DNA of 64,000 nt from Candidatus Enterousia sp. Lineage in GTDB: Bacteria > Pseudomonadota > Alphaproteobacteria > Rs-D84. How positions within the stretch are numbered: the first letter of the stretch is position 1; each line of letters opens with the position of its first letter. Positions 19,147 through 28,075 of this stretch are shown in pieces. The DNA lies in NCBI GenBank assembly GCA_045614145.1, contig JAZLCH010000011.1, positions 4,198 to 68,197 of the forward strand, in the 5' to 3' direction. The notes beneath the pieces are model-generated. The model was not told the origin of the DNA and searched no databases. It saw only the letters and a list, made by a program, of their open reading frames with translations. Made by a program: the position numbers and the translations under genes.

Positions 19147-20731
19147 CGTCTGTATCTATGTTATCTGAAAGCACAGTATCTTTATTCATTGGTTTTACCA
19201 TAGATTCAATAAAGGCAATTTCATTTTCAGAAAGGTTATATTTTTTATACAATTTCTCATCTGTCCATTCTTCATTGAAGTTTTGCATTGGTATCAGATG
19301 AAAGACAGATTTTGTTGCGTTCATAGTGCCTTTGCCAAAATACAACAAGACCTTAAAAAAATTGGTTTGCATGTAAGATAGGCAATTGTCTCGATTTTGT
19401 TTTGTTGGAAAGCCGCCTATTAATAAAAAGGTTGCTGTGCAAATTTCATTTGGCCCTGCTAAAATCACTTCTGGATAATTTATAGCATTTGTAGAATATG
19501 CTTTGCTGAAAAATATCTTGTATTTATCTACGTTTTCTTCGTTACAAGTCACAACATTCTTGTTCACGTATCCTTGAACTCTTCTCGCTCCACCTTTTAC
19601 TCCGGTCACACCATGAATCTTTACACTATTTTCAAAAGGTTTATCGGATAGATTTGCTCCTGTTAATCTAGTTGGCTCATTAAAAAGCCATGTCTCTATA
19701 CCAAATGGCTTGATGGACGATACTAACTCTGAAAATTTGTGGGCATCGTTAAGTTTGTCTAGCATAGATAATATTCGACCATCTCTTATAACAAATTTAA
19801 AATAGTCGTTTTTAAGAAACTGTGAAAAATGTGTTTGTACGCCAGTATTTGATGTGTAGTGGTATTGTGCCTTTCCATTATAATCTTTGTCCCATAGAAA
19901 GTAGCATACTCCACCATCAATGTGTACTCCAGAAAAACACATGGTCTCATCTTCAAAATCATGCATTTCTTTGATTCTGCTATCAACAATCATTTTTTGT
20001 CTAAAAAGTTCTAAACCTCGTCCACCCATCATCCATCGCGAAGGTATAATAAAGCTCAGATATTTTGGAGCCAAGCTAATCGCTTGTTCAATAAACTTGT
20101 TGTATATAGGCGCAGCTCCATCAGCTGAACCCCCTCTACCATCAGTTAATTGATATGGAGGGTTTCCTATGATTACATCAAATTTCATATTTTCTACCCC
20201 CTTTTTTGCAAAAAAATCAGCCACGGCTTGCGTGTCTTTTATGAAATGGAAACATTGTTTTTCTATCTGTGCGCCCGATTTATCCGTGACATATTCTCCC
20301 AAAGATTCATCAAAGAATATATTGTCAATGTCAGCAAATGCAGGATTACAGGTATAGAGCGTACGCTTTGTTACACGATAGCCACGATAGGATACGGCAA
20401 TACCAAAAATACGTTCTTTCAGTATTTGGTGTAATATACCTTCCTGTCGCATTGTAAAGTCATATACAGCATTCTTGTCATCTGGTAATTGTTTGAATTT
20501 TGCTCGCAGTATTCTTACGACCGCTTCTCGTAAAAATATTCCGTCTTTACATGCCGGACATAATATTTTGGCATTATCATCCAGCCATACGGATTCCGGA
20601 ATCAAGTCCAGCATGGAATTAACAACCTTCAGTGGGGTTGGCGTTTCTGTATTAACCATACACTGCAGCTGTTCTAATATGTCAACACGTTTTGTCATTG
20701 TTGGGCCCTTGGCATCGTGGCCCCATTTCAT
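19139..20731 (-). CDS. gamma-class N6-adenine DNA methyltransferase, Eco57I-like, with TRD
   Basis: TPTPLKVVNSMLDLIP; degenerate motif I CPACKDGIFL; catalytic IIGNPPYQ. Confidence 0.75.
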   Translation of the reverse strand: MKWGHDAKGPTMTKRVDILEQLQCMVNTETPTPLKVVNSMLDLIPESVWLDDNAKILCPACKDGIFLREAVVRILRAKFKQLPDDKNAVYDFTMRQEGILHQILKERIFGIAVSYRGYRVTKRTLYTCNPAFADIDNIFFDESLGEYVTDKSGAQIEKQCFHFIKDTQAVADFFAKKGVENMKFDVIIGNPPYQLTDGRGGSADGAAPIYNKFIEQAISLAPKYLSFIIPSRWMMGGRGLELFRQKMIVDSRIKEMHDFEDETMCFSGVHIDGGVCYFLWDKDYNGKAQYHYTSNTGVQTHFSQFLKNDYFKFVIRDGRILSMLDKLNDAHKFSELVSSIKPFGIETWLFNEPTRLTGANLSDKPFENSVKIHGVTGVKGGARRVQGYVNKNVVTCNEENVDKYKIFFSKAYSTNAINYPEVILAGPNEICTATFLLIGGFPTKQNRDNCLSYMQTNFFKVLLYFGKGTMNATKSVFHLIPMQNFNEEWTDEKLYKKYNLSENEIAFIESMVKPMNKDTVLSDNIDTDDE

Positions 20732-20860
20732 AAAGAAAATACGGACATTATTTTTTTGTGTTCTTCATCAATAATTAAACTAAAATCATAATAAATTTAT
20801 TGCTAAAAACGGGCTTTTATGTTATGAATAAAAACATTAAGATAAATGGTCCGTTTTACA

Positions 20861-21472
20861 TTATTTATCAATCATTATATTGTTATCTGATATATATTTA
20901 TTAAGGGTTGGAATGCTCACTTTTAGCATTCTTGCCAATTTAACCTTGGTGGTTCTATTAAGCATTTCTTGTTTTATACGCTCGTCTGATCCATCTAGCT
21001 TGTGTTTACTATTGCGGGCCCCTGGTGTTCGTCCCAAACGTTTCCCTTGTGCCCGTCTGTGCGCCAGGGCTTCTTTAGTACGCTGGGAAATCATATCTCT
21101 CTCGATTTCTGCGGCCATACCAAAGGCAAAGGCCAGAACCTTAGATTGAAGGCTCTCGTCTAATGAGTAGCCGTCCTTTACTGAATAAACACGTACATTT
21201 TTATCCAGCAGGCGTTTCAGAATATCAAACAGCATAAACAACCTGCGACCAAATCGTGATAGTTCAGACACTATAATTACATCCCCTGGTTGAATTTGCT
21301 TTAATAATTTACCTAGTTTTCGTTTCTTGGGCTCGACAGTTCCCGATATGCCGTCGTCTATGATGTATTTATCGATAGCCAGGCCCAGTGCGCGGGCTTT
21401 GGCTTCGACGCCCATGCGCTGGTTAGCAGTGTCCTGGTCGTCTGTGCTGACACGTAAGTATGCGTATATCAT
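20861..21472 (-). CDS. serine recombinase (resolvase/invertase family)
   Basis: MIYAYLRVSTDDQD catalytic Ser motif; C-terminal HTH. Confidence 0.85.
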   Translation of the reverse strand: MIYAYLRVSTDDQDTANQRMGVEAKARALGLAIDKYIIDDGISGTVEPKKRKLGKLLKQIQPGDVIIVSELSRFGRRLFMLFDILKRLLDKNVRVYSVKDGYSLDESLQSKVLAFAFGMAAEIERDMISQRTKEALAHRRAQGKRLGRTPGARNSKHKLDGSDERIKQEMLNRTTKVKLARMLKVSIPTLNKYISDNNIMIDK

Positions 21473-21487
21473 TGTTTCTCCTTTGAT

Positions 21488-22519
21488 TCACTCAACCTTT
21501 ATCCCGGCGATTAGTTCGCGTTGGCGGGATGGGGAGATGTTGCCGTAATTGCATCGGGTGGTGCCGATACTGCTGTGGCCAAAGTCTTGTTGCAGGGCGA
21601 CTATGCGGTCGTCGTGCGTTATGTTTTCAATGTGTCTGGCACGGGTGCGGCGGACACTGTGAATGCTTAGTGGGGCTAGTCCATTTGCCACACATGCGCC
21701 GTTAAATATCTGATTGGCGGTGCATACGGATATTGGCTGGGCCTTTACAATGCGTTCAAAGATGTTCTGTTGGAACGGATTGGTTGCAATCTTGGGAAAA
21801 AGCGGGCCTGATTTATCAAAACCATATTCATTGACCAGCATGTCCCGCCAATCCAGTACAAATTGCCGCAGGTCTGGGATGTTAAGCAAGGTTGCCTGGC
21901 GTACACGACAGAACTTTACATTCTTGATTTTTCGTGGGTTTATGTCCAGAAAGTATACACCAACCAACGGCTCCTGCATAATCGTATCAATTCGAAAGTT
22001 ACACAGTTCGCTTACACGTGGGCTGGTCAGTATTACCAGCGCAACCAGTGCCCGATTTCGCAGGTCTGTCACTGTTTGCGCTGGCATAGTACGAACGGCA
22101 TGCAACAGTTGTGAATATTCGTGATGCGGTTTATATCCGGATGCGTTGGCCCGATTAATCTCGTTCCGGGTCAGGGTCAGATAGTCGGCATCGTTTCGGC
22201 GAATGCGTCGGCCAAATGGCTCGTCCGCCAGCCAGCGAATGAACTTTTGCGTTTCGGATGTTATCCGGTGCATATAGCTGGGGGATACAGACTGTTGCCG
22301 CAGATTGGCCAAGAATACCTTGGCCATGTCTGGGGTATAGCGATCCAGGTCTTGAAAGTCCGTTAAAACCTCGAACGCACGCAGATATTTGCGCAGGGCC
22401 AGCAGGGTCTTGTTATCGGCCAGCTTGGTCCGGCGGACGTGTTCCAGGTATTTTTTAACGATACGCTCGTTACCGGGATTGTATTTGCGATGGTTAGATT
22501 CGTTCAGAATTGATTGCAT
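21488..22519 (-). CDS. tyrosine recombinase / phage-type integrase
   Basis: C-terminal HSVRRT...GHSSIGTT...Y catalytic pattern. Confidence 0.8.
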   Translation of the reverse strand: MQSILNESNHRKYNPGNERIVKKYLEHVRRTKLADNKTLLALRKYLRAFEVLTDFQDLDRYTPDMAKVFLANLRQQSVSPSYMHRITSETQKFIRWLADEPFGRRIRRNDADYLTLTRNEINRANASGYKPHHEYSQLLHAVRTMPAQTVTDLRNRALVALVILTSPRVSELCNFRIDTIMQEPLVGVYFLDINPRKIKNVKFCRVRQATLLNIPDLRQFVLDWRDMLVNEYGFDKSGPLFPKIATNPFQQNIFERIVKAQPISVCTANQIFNGACVANGLAPLSIHSVRRTRARHIENITHDDRIVALQQDFGHSSIGTTRCNYGNISPSRQRELIAGIKVE

Positions 22520-22766
22520 CGTATACCTCCTTGGCTGTCAGATGTACTGTTTCCATCTCAACTGGTGTCATGGTTTGTGTTTTGGCCACATTCTGATACA
22601 TGCCGGCAATGTATCGGGCCGTGCTGTCGACATCACTGCAATATTCCTTTAACCCCAGCAGGGTCAGATAGTCATTACCAAATACATAGTTAATCTGGAA
22701 CAGGGACGGATGTGGCCCCTTGCTATATTCAATTTTCGTTATCATTTGTATCTCCTTTTTCTTCAA
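22494..22766 (-). CDS. hypothetical protein
   Basis: 90-aa ORF between integrase and HTH gene. Confidence 0.3.
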   Translation of the reverse strand: MKKKEIQMITKIEYSKGPHPSLFQINYVFGNDYLTLLGLKEYCSDVDSTARYIAGMYQNVAKTQTMTPVEMETVHLTAKEVYDAINSERI

Positions 22767-23259
22767 ATTTCATAAATTCCTGGTTGCAGGATGTTGCACC
22801 ATTGTCCCCGTCATCGACTCTGCAGTTTAGGCTTGAATCCAGGGAATGGGGTATACACGGTGATTCAGTTAAGCGGAATTCGCGTTTCAGTCGTGAAATA
22901 TCCGCAATTTTGTAGACTTTGTGCATCTTGCAACCGCAAACCGGGCATATGCCACACATGTTGGGCAGGGTCGGGTGTTCGCGTGAAAACCATATAACCT
23001 TGCCCTTGGGGATGCGGGCCTGGCGACAGTGCAGACAATAGAACTGGTGGAATTCGATTGGGCAACGGTTTTTGTCGTTTTCATTTAACAGAAAATCTAT
23101 CAAATTCGTCCCACGAATAAGTGTTGGTCGTTTGTCGTCAATTGTGGTCAAGCCGTTTGCAATCATCTGGCGCACGGTACGTTCAGAACGATTAATCATC
23201 TGGCATACTTCGGGTATCGAATATGTACCCATATAGGAAATATTTTGTGTACTATACAT
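22729..23259 (-). CDS. HTH DNA-binding protein with C-terminal Cys4 zinc-ribbon
   Basis: IPEVCQMINRSERTVRQMIANG HTH; CLHC...CGICPVC. Confidence 0.45.
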   Translation of the reverse strand: MYSTQNISYMGTYSIPEVCQMINRSERTVRQMIANGLTTIDDKRPTLIRGTNLIDFLLNENDKNRCPIEFHQFYCLHCRQARIPKGKVIWFSREHPTLPNMCGICPVCGCKMHKVYKIADISRLKREFRLTESPCIPHSLDSSLNCRVDDGDNGATSCNQEFMKFEEKGDTNDNEN

Positions 23260-23470
23260 TTTCGCCCCCTTCGTCTAACTTGTTAATCAGCTGGCGTTCA
23301 ATCCACGTATCCAGATCGGATTTGCGGTACCGAATACGGTTCCCCCAGCGAATAAACGGTAAAGTGTTTTTGCCACAATGGCGCCAACTGTTTAACGTCC
23401 CGACAGTCGTCCCCAGATATTGGGCCGCCTGACGTTGGTTAAGCAACTTAAATGAATTTTCTTCATTCAT
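23252..23470 (-). CDS. AlpA/Xis-family excisionase-like transcriptional regulator
   Basis: QAAQYLGTTVGTLNSWRHCG...RIRYRKSDLDTWI. Confidence 0.7.
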   Translation of the reverse strand: MNEENSFKLLNQRQAAQYLGTTVGTLNSWRHCGKNTLPFIRWGNRIRYRKSDLDTWIERQLINKLDEGGENV

Positions 23471-23549
23471 AACAATACTCCTTTTTTGTTGTTTTTTGTT
23501 ATGCTTGAAGACTAAGAGGGATTTATCGAAATTTACAGAAATGAGAATT

Positions 23550-24431
23550 CTAGCTAGCTAAAAATTTGCGTTTTGGCGCAGAAATCAGCACTCCTTCAAG
23601 GGTTTTGGAAGTTAGGGGTGATTTCTTGCGTTTGTGCCGTTTGCAGTACTCTTCACGGACTATTTTTATCGTTTCAGAGATATTTTGTGGCAGGGTATCT
23701 TTCTGCTGAATACCCATATCATAGATGATTTTTTCATATCTTTCACGAATAGCATTTTTTGCATCGGCGGTTTTGTCGGCACCTTTTTTATATTTCTGAC
23801 GGTTGCTGAATGCGTTTAATCGATAATTAAGTGACTTGGCACGGGTTAGTGAATTAAAAAACATAGCCACATTATAGGCGACGTTGTTACTTGTATTTTC
23901 CAGATTTTTAAGTATAGATTCAAACAGTAATAACAGGTCTTTGAACAGGATACCCGCAATACATTTATTGGCAAATCCAGGTTCTTGCTTCTTTTCGGTC
24001 ATAATATCCTGGGGGTGTACCTTTGCGAATTCTTTGTCTCCATTTTGTGCCAGCTTCAGCATTTTTCTTTCAATTTTAAGCCAGTTTGATTTCATCTTGC
24101 TGCCTGTAAAGATTTGAACCGTGTCATTTTTATTGTCAATAAAGCAATAATTGGCAGATAGCGAGAATAATTTTTCTATCCTGTTAATTACATCGGGCAT
24201 ATCGTCATTGGCGATAACAGATACATAGGTTGGGATAATTTCTGCAATATGCAGTATTTGTAAAATATGGTCGGCATAGGTCCCGCGAAAATAAAGGGAG
24301 ACCAGGGCCAAATTTTGGTCGTCTTCGACCGGTGTTTCCAGTGGTAACAAATAAGGTAAAAATTTAACTAAATCTTGCATGGTGATGGATCCTTTTGAAA
24401 AAAATAGTAATAAATATTTATCGATATTCAA
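23550..24431 (-). CDS. hypothetical protein (island-borne)
   Basis: 293-aa ORF adjacent to tRNA-Thr. Confidence 0.4.
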   Translation of the reverse strand: MNIDKYLLLFFSKGSITMQDLVKFLPYLLPLETPVEDDQNLALVSLYFRGTYADHILQILHIAEIIPTYVSVIANDDMPDVINRIEKLFSLSANYCFIDNKNDTVQIFTGSKMKSNWLKIERKMLKLAQNGDKEFAKVHPQDIMTEKKQEPGFANKCIAGILFKDLLLLFESILKNLENTSNNVAYNVAMFFNSLTRAKSLNYRLNAFSNRQKYKKGADKTADAKNAIRERYEKIIYDMGIQQKDTLPQNISETIKIVREEYCKRHKRKKSPLTSKTLEGVLISAPKRKFLAS

Positions 24432-24540
24432 GGAATATTCGCCATGTCGGCCGGTAGCAAACGAGTAGCAAAAAATTTTTTGTCAATTTTTGTAGATTGT
24501 GCAAAGTAATAAAAAATCCCCTTGAATCAAGGGGTTATTC

Positions 24541-24617
24541 TGGTGCCGGTTGTCGGACTTGAACCAACGACCTACTGATTACAAATCAGCCGCTCTACCA
24601 GCTGAGCTAAACCGGCA
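24541..24617 (-). tRNA. tRNA-Thr (anticodon TGT)
   Basis: cloverleaf: acceptor GCCGGTT/AACCGGC, anticodon loop TTTGTAA, T-loop TTCAAGT, CCA end. Confidence 0.9.
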
Positions 24618-24719
24618 ATGCCACTCAATTATACATATCTGCGCGCGCAACGCAAGTAAAAAAATCATAAAAGCGCGCAAAAATAAAAAAAAGTCCAATT
24701 GGGTGGCGTGGTTATTTTT

Positions 24720-25136
24720 CTATCTTTGTTTTTGTTTTACATATTCTTCTGCGCGTTTGCGTTGGGTTATGTTGTCAAACACACCCACAAACTCTGCTGG
24801 ATTTTGTGGTTTTTGATACCGCACAACAATTTCATCACCATCGTGCGGAAATATCACATCTGGCTGCAACGATATGTGTCCCTGGACAACAGTGCCTTGG
24901 CGATTTACACCCCAGAAATGCGCAGGCGAACCATAGGAGCCATGCTCAACATTTAGTACTTTTACTGTATCCTGTGTGTAAGATGGGTCTGAGTAATCTG
25001 GACTAAGAGCGTCTTTGATTTTGTTGTCAATATCCTTGCACCCCGCCAGCGTCAACAGCGCAAACCCCATAATCGGTAATTTATGCAGATATCGTTTCAT
25101 TTTGGTTTCCTTTATCGTGTCTTGTAATGATCGCAC
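24720..25136 (-). CDS. lipoprotein
   Basis: signal peptide with lipobox LTLAGC. Confidence 0.5.
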   Translation of the reverse strand: MRSLQDTIKETKMKRYLHKLPIMGFALLTLAGCKDIDNKIKDALSPDYSDPSYTQDTVKVLNVEHGSYGSPAHFWGVNRQGTVVQGHISLQPDVIFPHDGDEIVVRYQKPQNPAEFVGVFDNITQRKRAEEYVKQKQR

Positions 25137-25462
25137 AGTTTGGCAATTTCGTATGCTTTTTCTAAAATCTTTTGTTTGTACTCTCTTACTTTATATGTGT
25201 GAGGCAGGTGTAAAAACTCTGATTCAAAAACGCATTGTTGTGGTTCGCCGTATTTATCAAAAAAACTGATTATTTTCTTGCCGTCAATAGTAGGCCAGAC
25301 AAATCTTTTAACCGGCAGAGTTGTTGCTAATCTTCTTGCACTTGTTGTTTTGGCTTTTGCCTCTTGTTCTGTTTCTTCGTAATATCCTAACTTGCACCGC
25401 TTTTCGCACCCATCACAAATGCTGATATTCGTTTTGTTTTCCTGTGTAAATGACATTTTCAT
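25112..25462 (-). CDS. hypothetical protein
   Basis: 116-aa ORF, CDGCEKRC motif. Confidence 0.3.
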   Translation of the reverse strand: MKMSFTQENKTNISICDGCEKRCKLGYYEETEQEAKAKTTSARRLATTLPVKRFVWPTIDGKKIISFFDKYGEPQQCVFESEFLHLPHTYKVREYKQKILEKAYEIAKLCDHYKTR

Positions 25463-25551
25463 TACCTTTTATACTTTAATTCTGTTATGAACTTAGCACA
25501 AATTGACAGATTTTCAAGTTTTACGACAAAATCCCTTGCCTTTGATTTTAT

Positions 25552-26820
25552 TTGGGGCAGAATAGGGGTATGAGCAAATTAAAACTACCAGAATTATTGG
25601 CGCCGGCGGGTACGCTGGACGCTTTTAAAACCGCCATTTTATATGGTGCAGATGCTATCTATGCAGGCTTGCCTGGCTTTTCAATGCGGGCGCGCGCGAA
25701 AATCACCACCGACGAAGTACGTCAGGGGATTGAATTGGCGCACGCTGCCGGGAAAAAGGTGTATTTGGCATTCAATCTGTTCGCGCATGATTTTGAGTAT
25801 GCACACATGCCACGTGTTGCAGATACAATACGCTATTTGCAACCTGATGCGCTGATTGTGTCGGATCCGGGAATTGTTATGTGGGTGCGTGAAAACTTTC
25901 CCGATATGCCAATCCATATTTCAACCCAGGCAAACATCTGTTCGGCAAAAACGGTTAAGTTTTGGCAGAATGCGGGCGCCAAACTGTGCGTCTTGGCGCG
26001 CGAAGTATCGCACAATGAATTTAAAAATATCCGCGCTGAATGTCCTGATATAGGTTTGGAAATATTTGTGCATGGTGCGATGTGTATGTCTTATTCGGGG
26101 CGGTGTTTGCTGTCTAACTTTATAACGGGCCGGCCTGCAAATCGTGGGGCGTGTGCGCAGTTGTGTCGCTGGAAATACGATGTGATTTTGCGTGAACGCG
26201 AATCCGGTGTTGAAATGCCAATCGAAGAAGACACGCGCGGCGCATACATCATGAATTCCAAGGACTTATGTCTGATGCCTCGTCTGGGCGAGGTTGTGTC
26301 GGCTGCGCCAGATTCGCTGAAGATAGAAGGTCGCAATCGGTCTGAATACTATGTCGGCAGTGTGGTTCATGCGTACCGTTGTGCGTTGGATTCTTATGCG
26401 CGCGACCCTGAAAATTTTGACCCCGCGCCATTTATGGCAGAATTGAACCGTATGGAAACGCGTGGTTATACAACGGCGTTCTTTGATGGCCCGGTGGGGG
26501 CAGATGCGCATAACTATGAAACGACGCGCAGTACATCGAACTATCATGCGGCGGGTGTAATTACCGCAGTGTCAGATGAAAATATCACGTTTGAATTACG
26601 CAATGAAACGCGGGCAGGGGACGAAATAACGTTTATCTTGCCGGGAACGATGGATTCTGTGTCTGTTAAATTGACTGAATTAATCAACGCCAAGAATGGC
26701 CAGGCAGTGGAAAAATTGGCGGCTGGCATGGGGAATTCCGTGTTAATTCCGCGCAGTTGGTTGCCGGATGCGCACATGGATAAATTTGTTCCCTGTGTTT
26801 TGGCTTATAAAAAGAAATAA
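25552..26820 (+). CDS. peptidase U32 family protein
   Basis: LPELLAPAGTLDAFKTAILYGADAIYAG N-terminal U32 signature. Confidence 0.8.
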   Translation: MGQNRGMSKLKLPELLAPAGTLDAFKTAILYGADAIYAGLPGFSMRARAKITTDEVRQGIELAHAAGKKVYLAFNLFAHDFEYAHMPRVADTIRYLQPDALIVSDPGIVMWVRENFPDMPIHISTQANICSAKTVKFWQNAGAKLCVLAREVSHNEFKNIRAECPDIGLEIFVHGAMCMSYSGRCLLSNFITGRPANRGACAQLCRWKYDVILRERESGVEMPIEEDTRGAYIMNSKDLCLMPRLGEVVSAAPDSLKIEGRNRSEYYVGSVVHAYRCALDSYARDPENFDPAPFMAELNRMETRGYTTAFFDGPVGADAHNYETTRSTSNYHAAGVITAVSDENITFELRNETRAGDEITFILPGTMDSVSVKLTELINAKNGQAVEKLAAGMGNSVLIPRSWLPDAHMDKFVPCVLAYKKK

Positions 26821-26902
26821 TTCTGGCATTGTAATTTGCACAATTGCTTGCACCAATTCCATGGAAATGGTATAATATGCCAAAAGGAATAATGGGAAAG
26901 GC

Positions 26903-28015
26903 ATGAAAAAAATCAATATTTTTGCCGTGTTGACGGGGTTGTTATTTGCGCTACCTAATGTGGCTGTTGCGGCATATTCGGCGTATCCTTCGTATCAGGG
27001 TGGGCAGATGATGTCAACAAACGGCTCTGTCATGTATCAGGGGGCGGGCGGTGTTGTGCCCACGGGGGTTCAGGCGTATAATATGCCGTATAATCGTGCA
27101 GTTGCGGCCCAACCTAACCGTGTGACAGGTGCGCTGCCACGTGTTGGGTCATCTCAGACGACTGCTGGTCGTTCTTATTATCAGCCTGCTGATTATGATC
27201 GTTTGGCGGACAGTGGTCTGTATGTTGGTCTGGGGGTTGCGTACACTGCATCTGTTATGGGGTCTATGAATGCAGATTATCGGGGCGAAGAAGATTCCTA
27301 TACTGTGCCGGGGGCATTTTTTGGTGCGGATTTTGATTCGGACAGCGTGATTCCGCTGCAGGTGTCGGTTGGTGCGGCGATAAACAATGATATTCGTATT
27401 GATTTTTCATATCTAAGATATTCTGGTATTTCGTATCCGAATTCGATAATTGTGCCTGCTGACGCAGATTTTAATCAGACTGATTCTCCTGCCCAGGTTG
27501 ATGGTGGTGCGATTACTGCGAATACGACAATGTTAAATGTGTATTACAATATTGATTCTTATACTGGTTATCTGGCGGGCGGCGCGTTGCGTCCGTATGT
27601 TGGGGCGGGTGTTGGTATTTCGTTGAATTCAATTGCAGACTATGTTGTGTATGATAATACATTCTATTCTGTGATGGATCCTGCCTATGCGGCGGCGGGC
27701 CAGTTGACGGGTATTTCTGACATCACGGCATATCACAATGGCGGCACAACAGAATCTTTTGCCTTTATGCTAGAGGGGGGAGTAACCACAGAAATGGAAG
27801 GTGGTATAAAGCTAGATTTTTTTGTTCGCTATGCAAATCTGGGGCGTGTAAAGACATCGGGCAGTATTGTTTTATCGCAGATTGAATGGTTGGGGGACGG
27901 TGCTGCCGGCGAATACGAAGCGCCATACGACAGTGTATTCCACTATACCAATTGGTACGAAAGCGGTCGCCTGAGTATGGTTGATGTCGGTGCCAGATTA
28001 AGATTGCAGTTCTAG
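26903..28015 (+). CDS. outer-membrane beta-barrel protein
   Basis: signal peptide; Gly/aromatic-rich; C-terminal ...RLRLQF. Confidence 0.5.
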   Translation: MKKINIFAVLTGLLFALPNVAVAAYSAYPSYQGGQMMSTNGSVMYQGAGGVVPTGVQAYNMPYNRAVAAQPNRVTGALPRVGSSQTTAGRSYYQPADYDRLADSGLYVGLGVAYTASVMGSMNADYRGEEDSYTVPGAFFGADFDSDSVIPLQVSVGAAINNDIRIDFSYLRYSGISYPNSIIVPADADFNQTDSPAQVDGGAITANTTMLNVYYNIDSYTGYLAGGALRPYVGAGVGISLNSIADYVVYDNTFYSVMDPAYAAAGQLTGISDITAYHNGGTTESFAFMLEGGVTTEMEGGIKLDFFVRYANLGRVKTSGSIVLSQIEWLGDGAAGEYEAPYDSVFHYTNWYESGRLSMVDVGARLRLQF

Positions 28016-28075
28016 TGATGTTGCATGTGCCGGGCATTGTCCCGGTCGTGCGTTTAAAAAAAGCAGGGCGAGAGA

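Larger units (their letters stand above)
1877..24617. mobile_element. integrated genomic island (about 22.7 kb) at tRNA-Thr; carries integrase, excisionases, resolvase and defense/DNA-metabolism cargo
   Basis: intact tRNA-Thr adjacent to tyrosine integrase and AlpA-like excisionase; degenerate tRNA 3' copy at far end; accessory gene content throughout. Confidence 0.55.

Noticed and set aside
20475-20774. 99-aa plus-strand ORF spanning the MTase start
   Set aside because: Antisense to the MTase N-terminus and promoter; no motifs.
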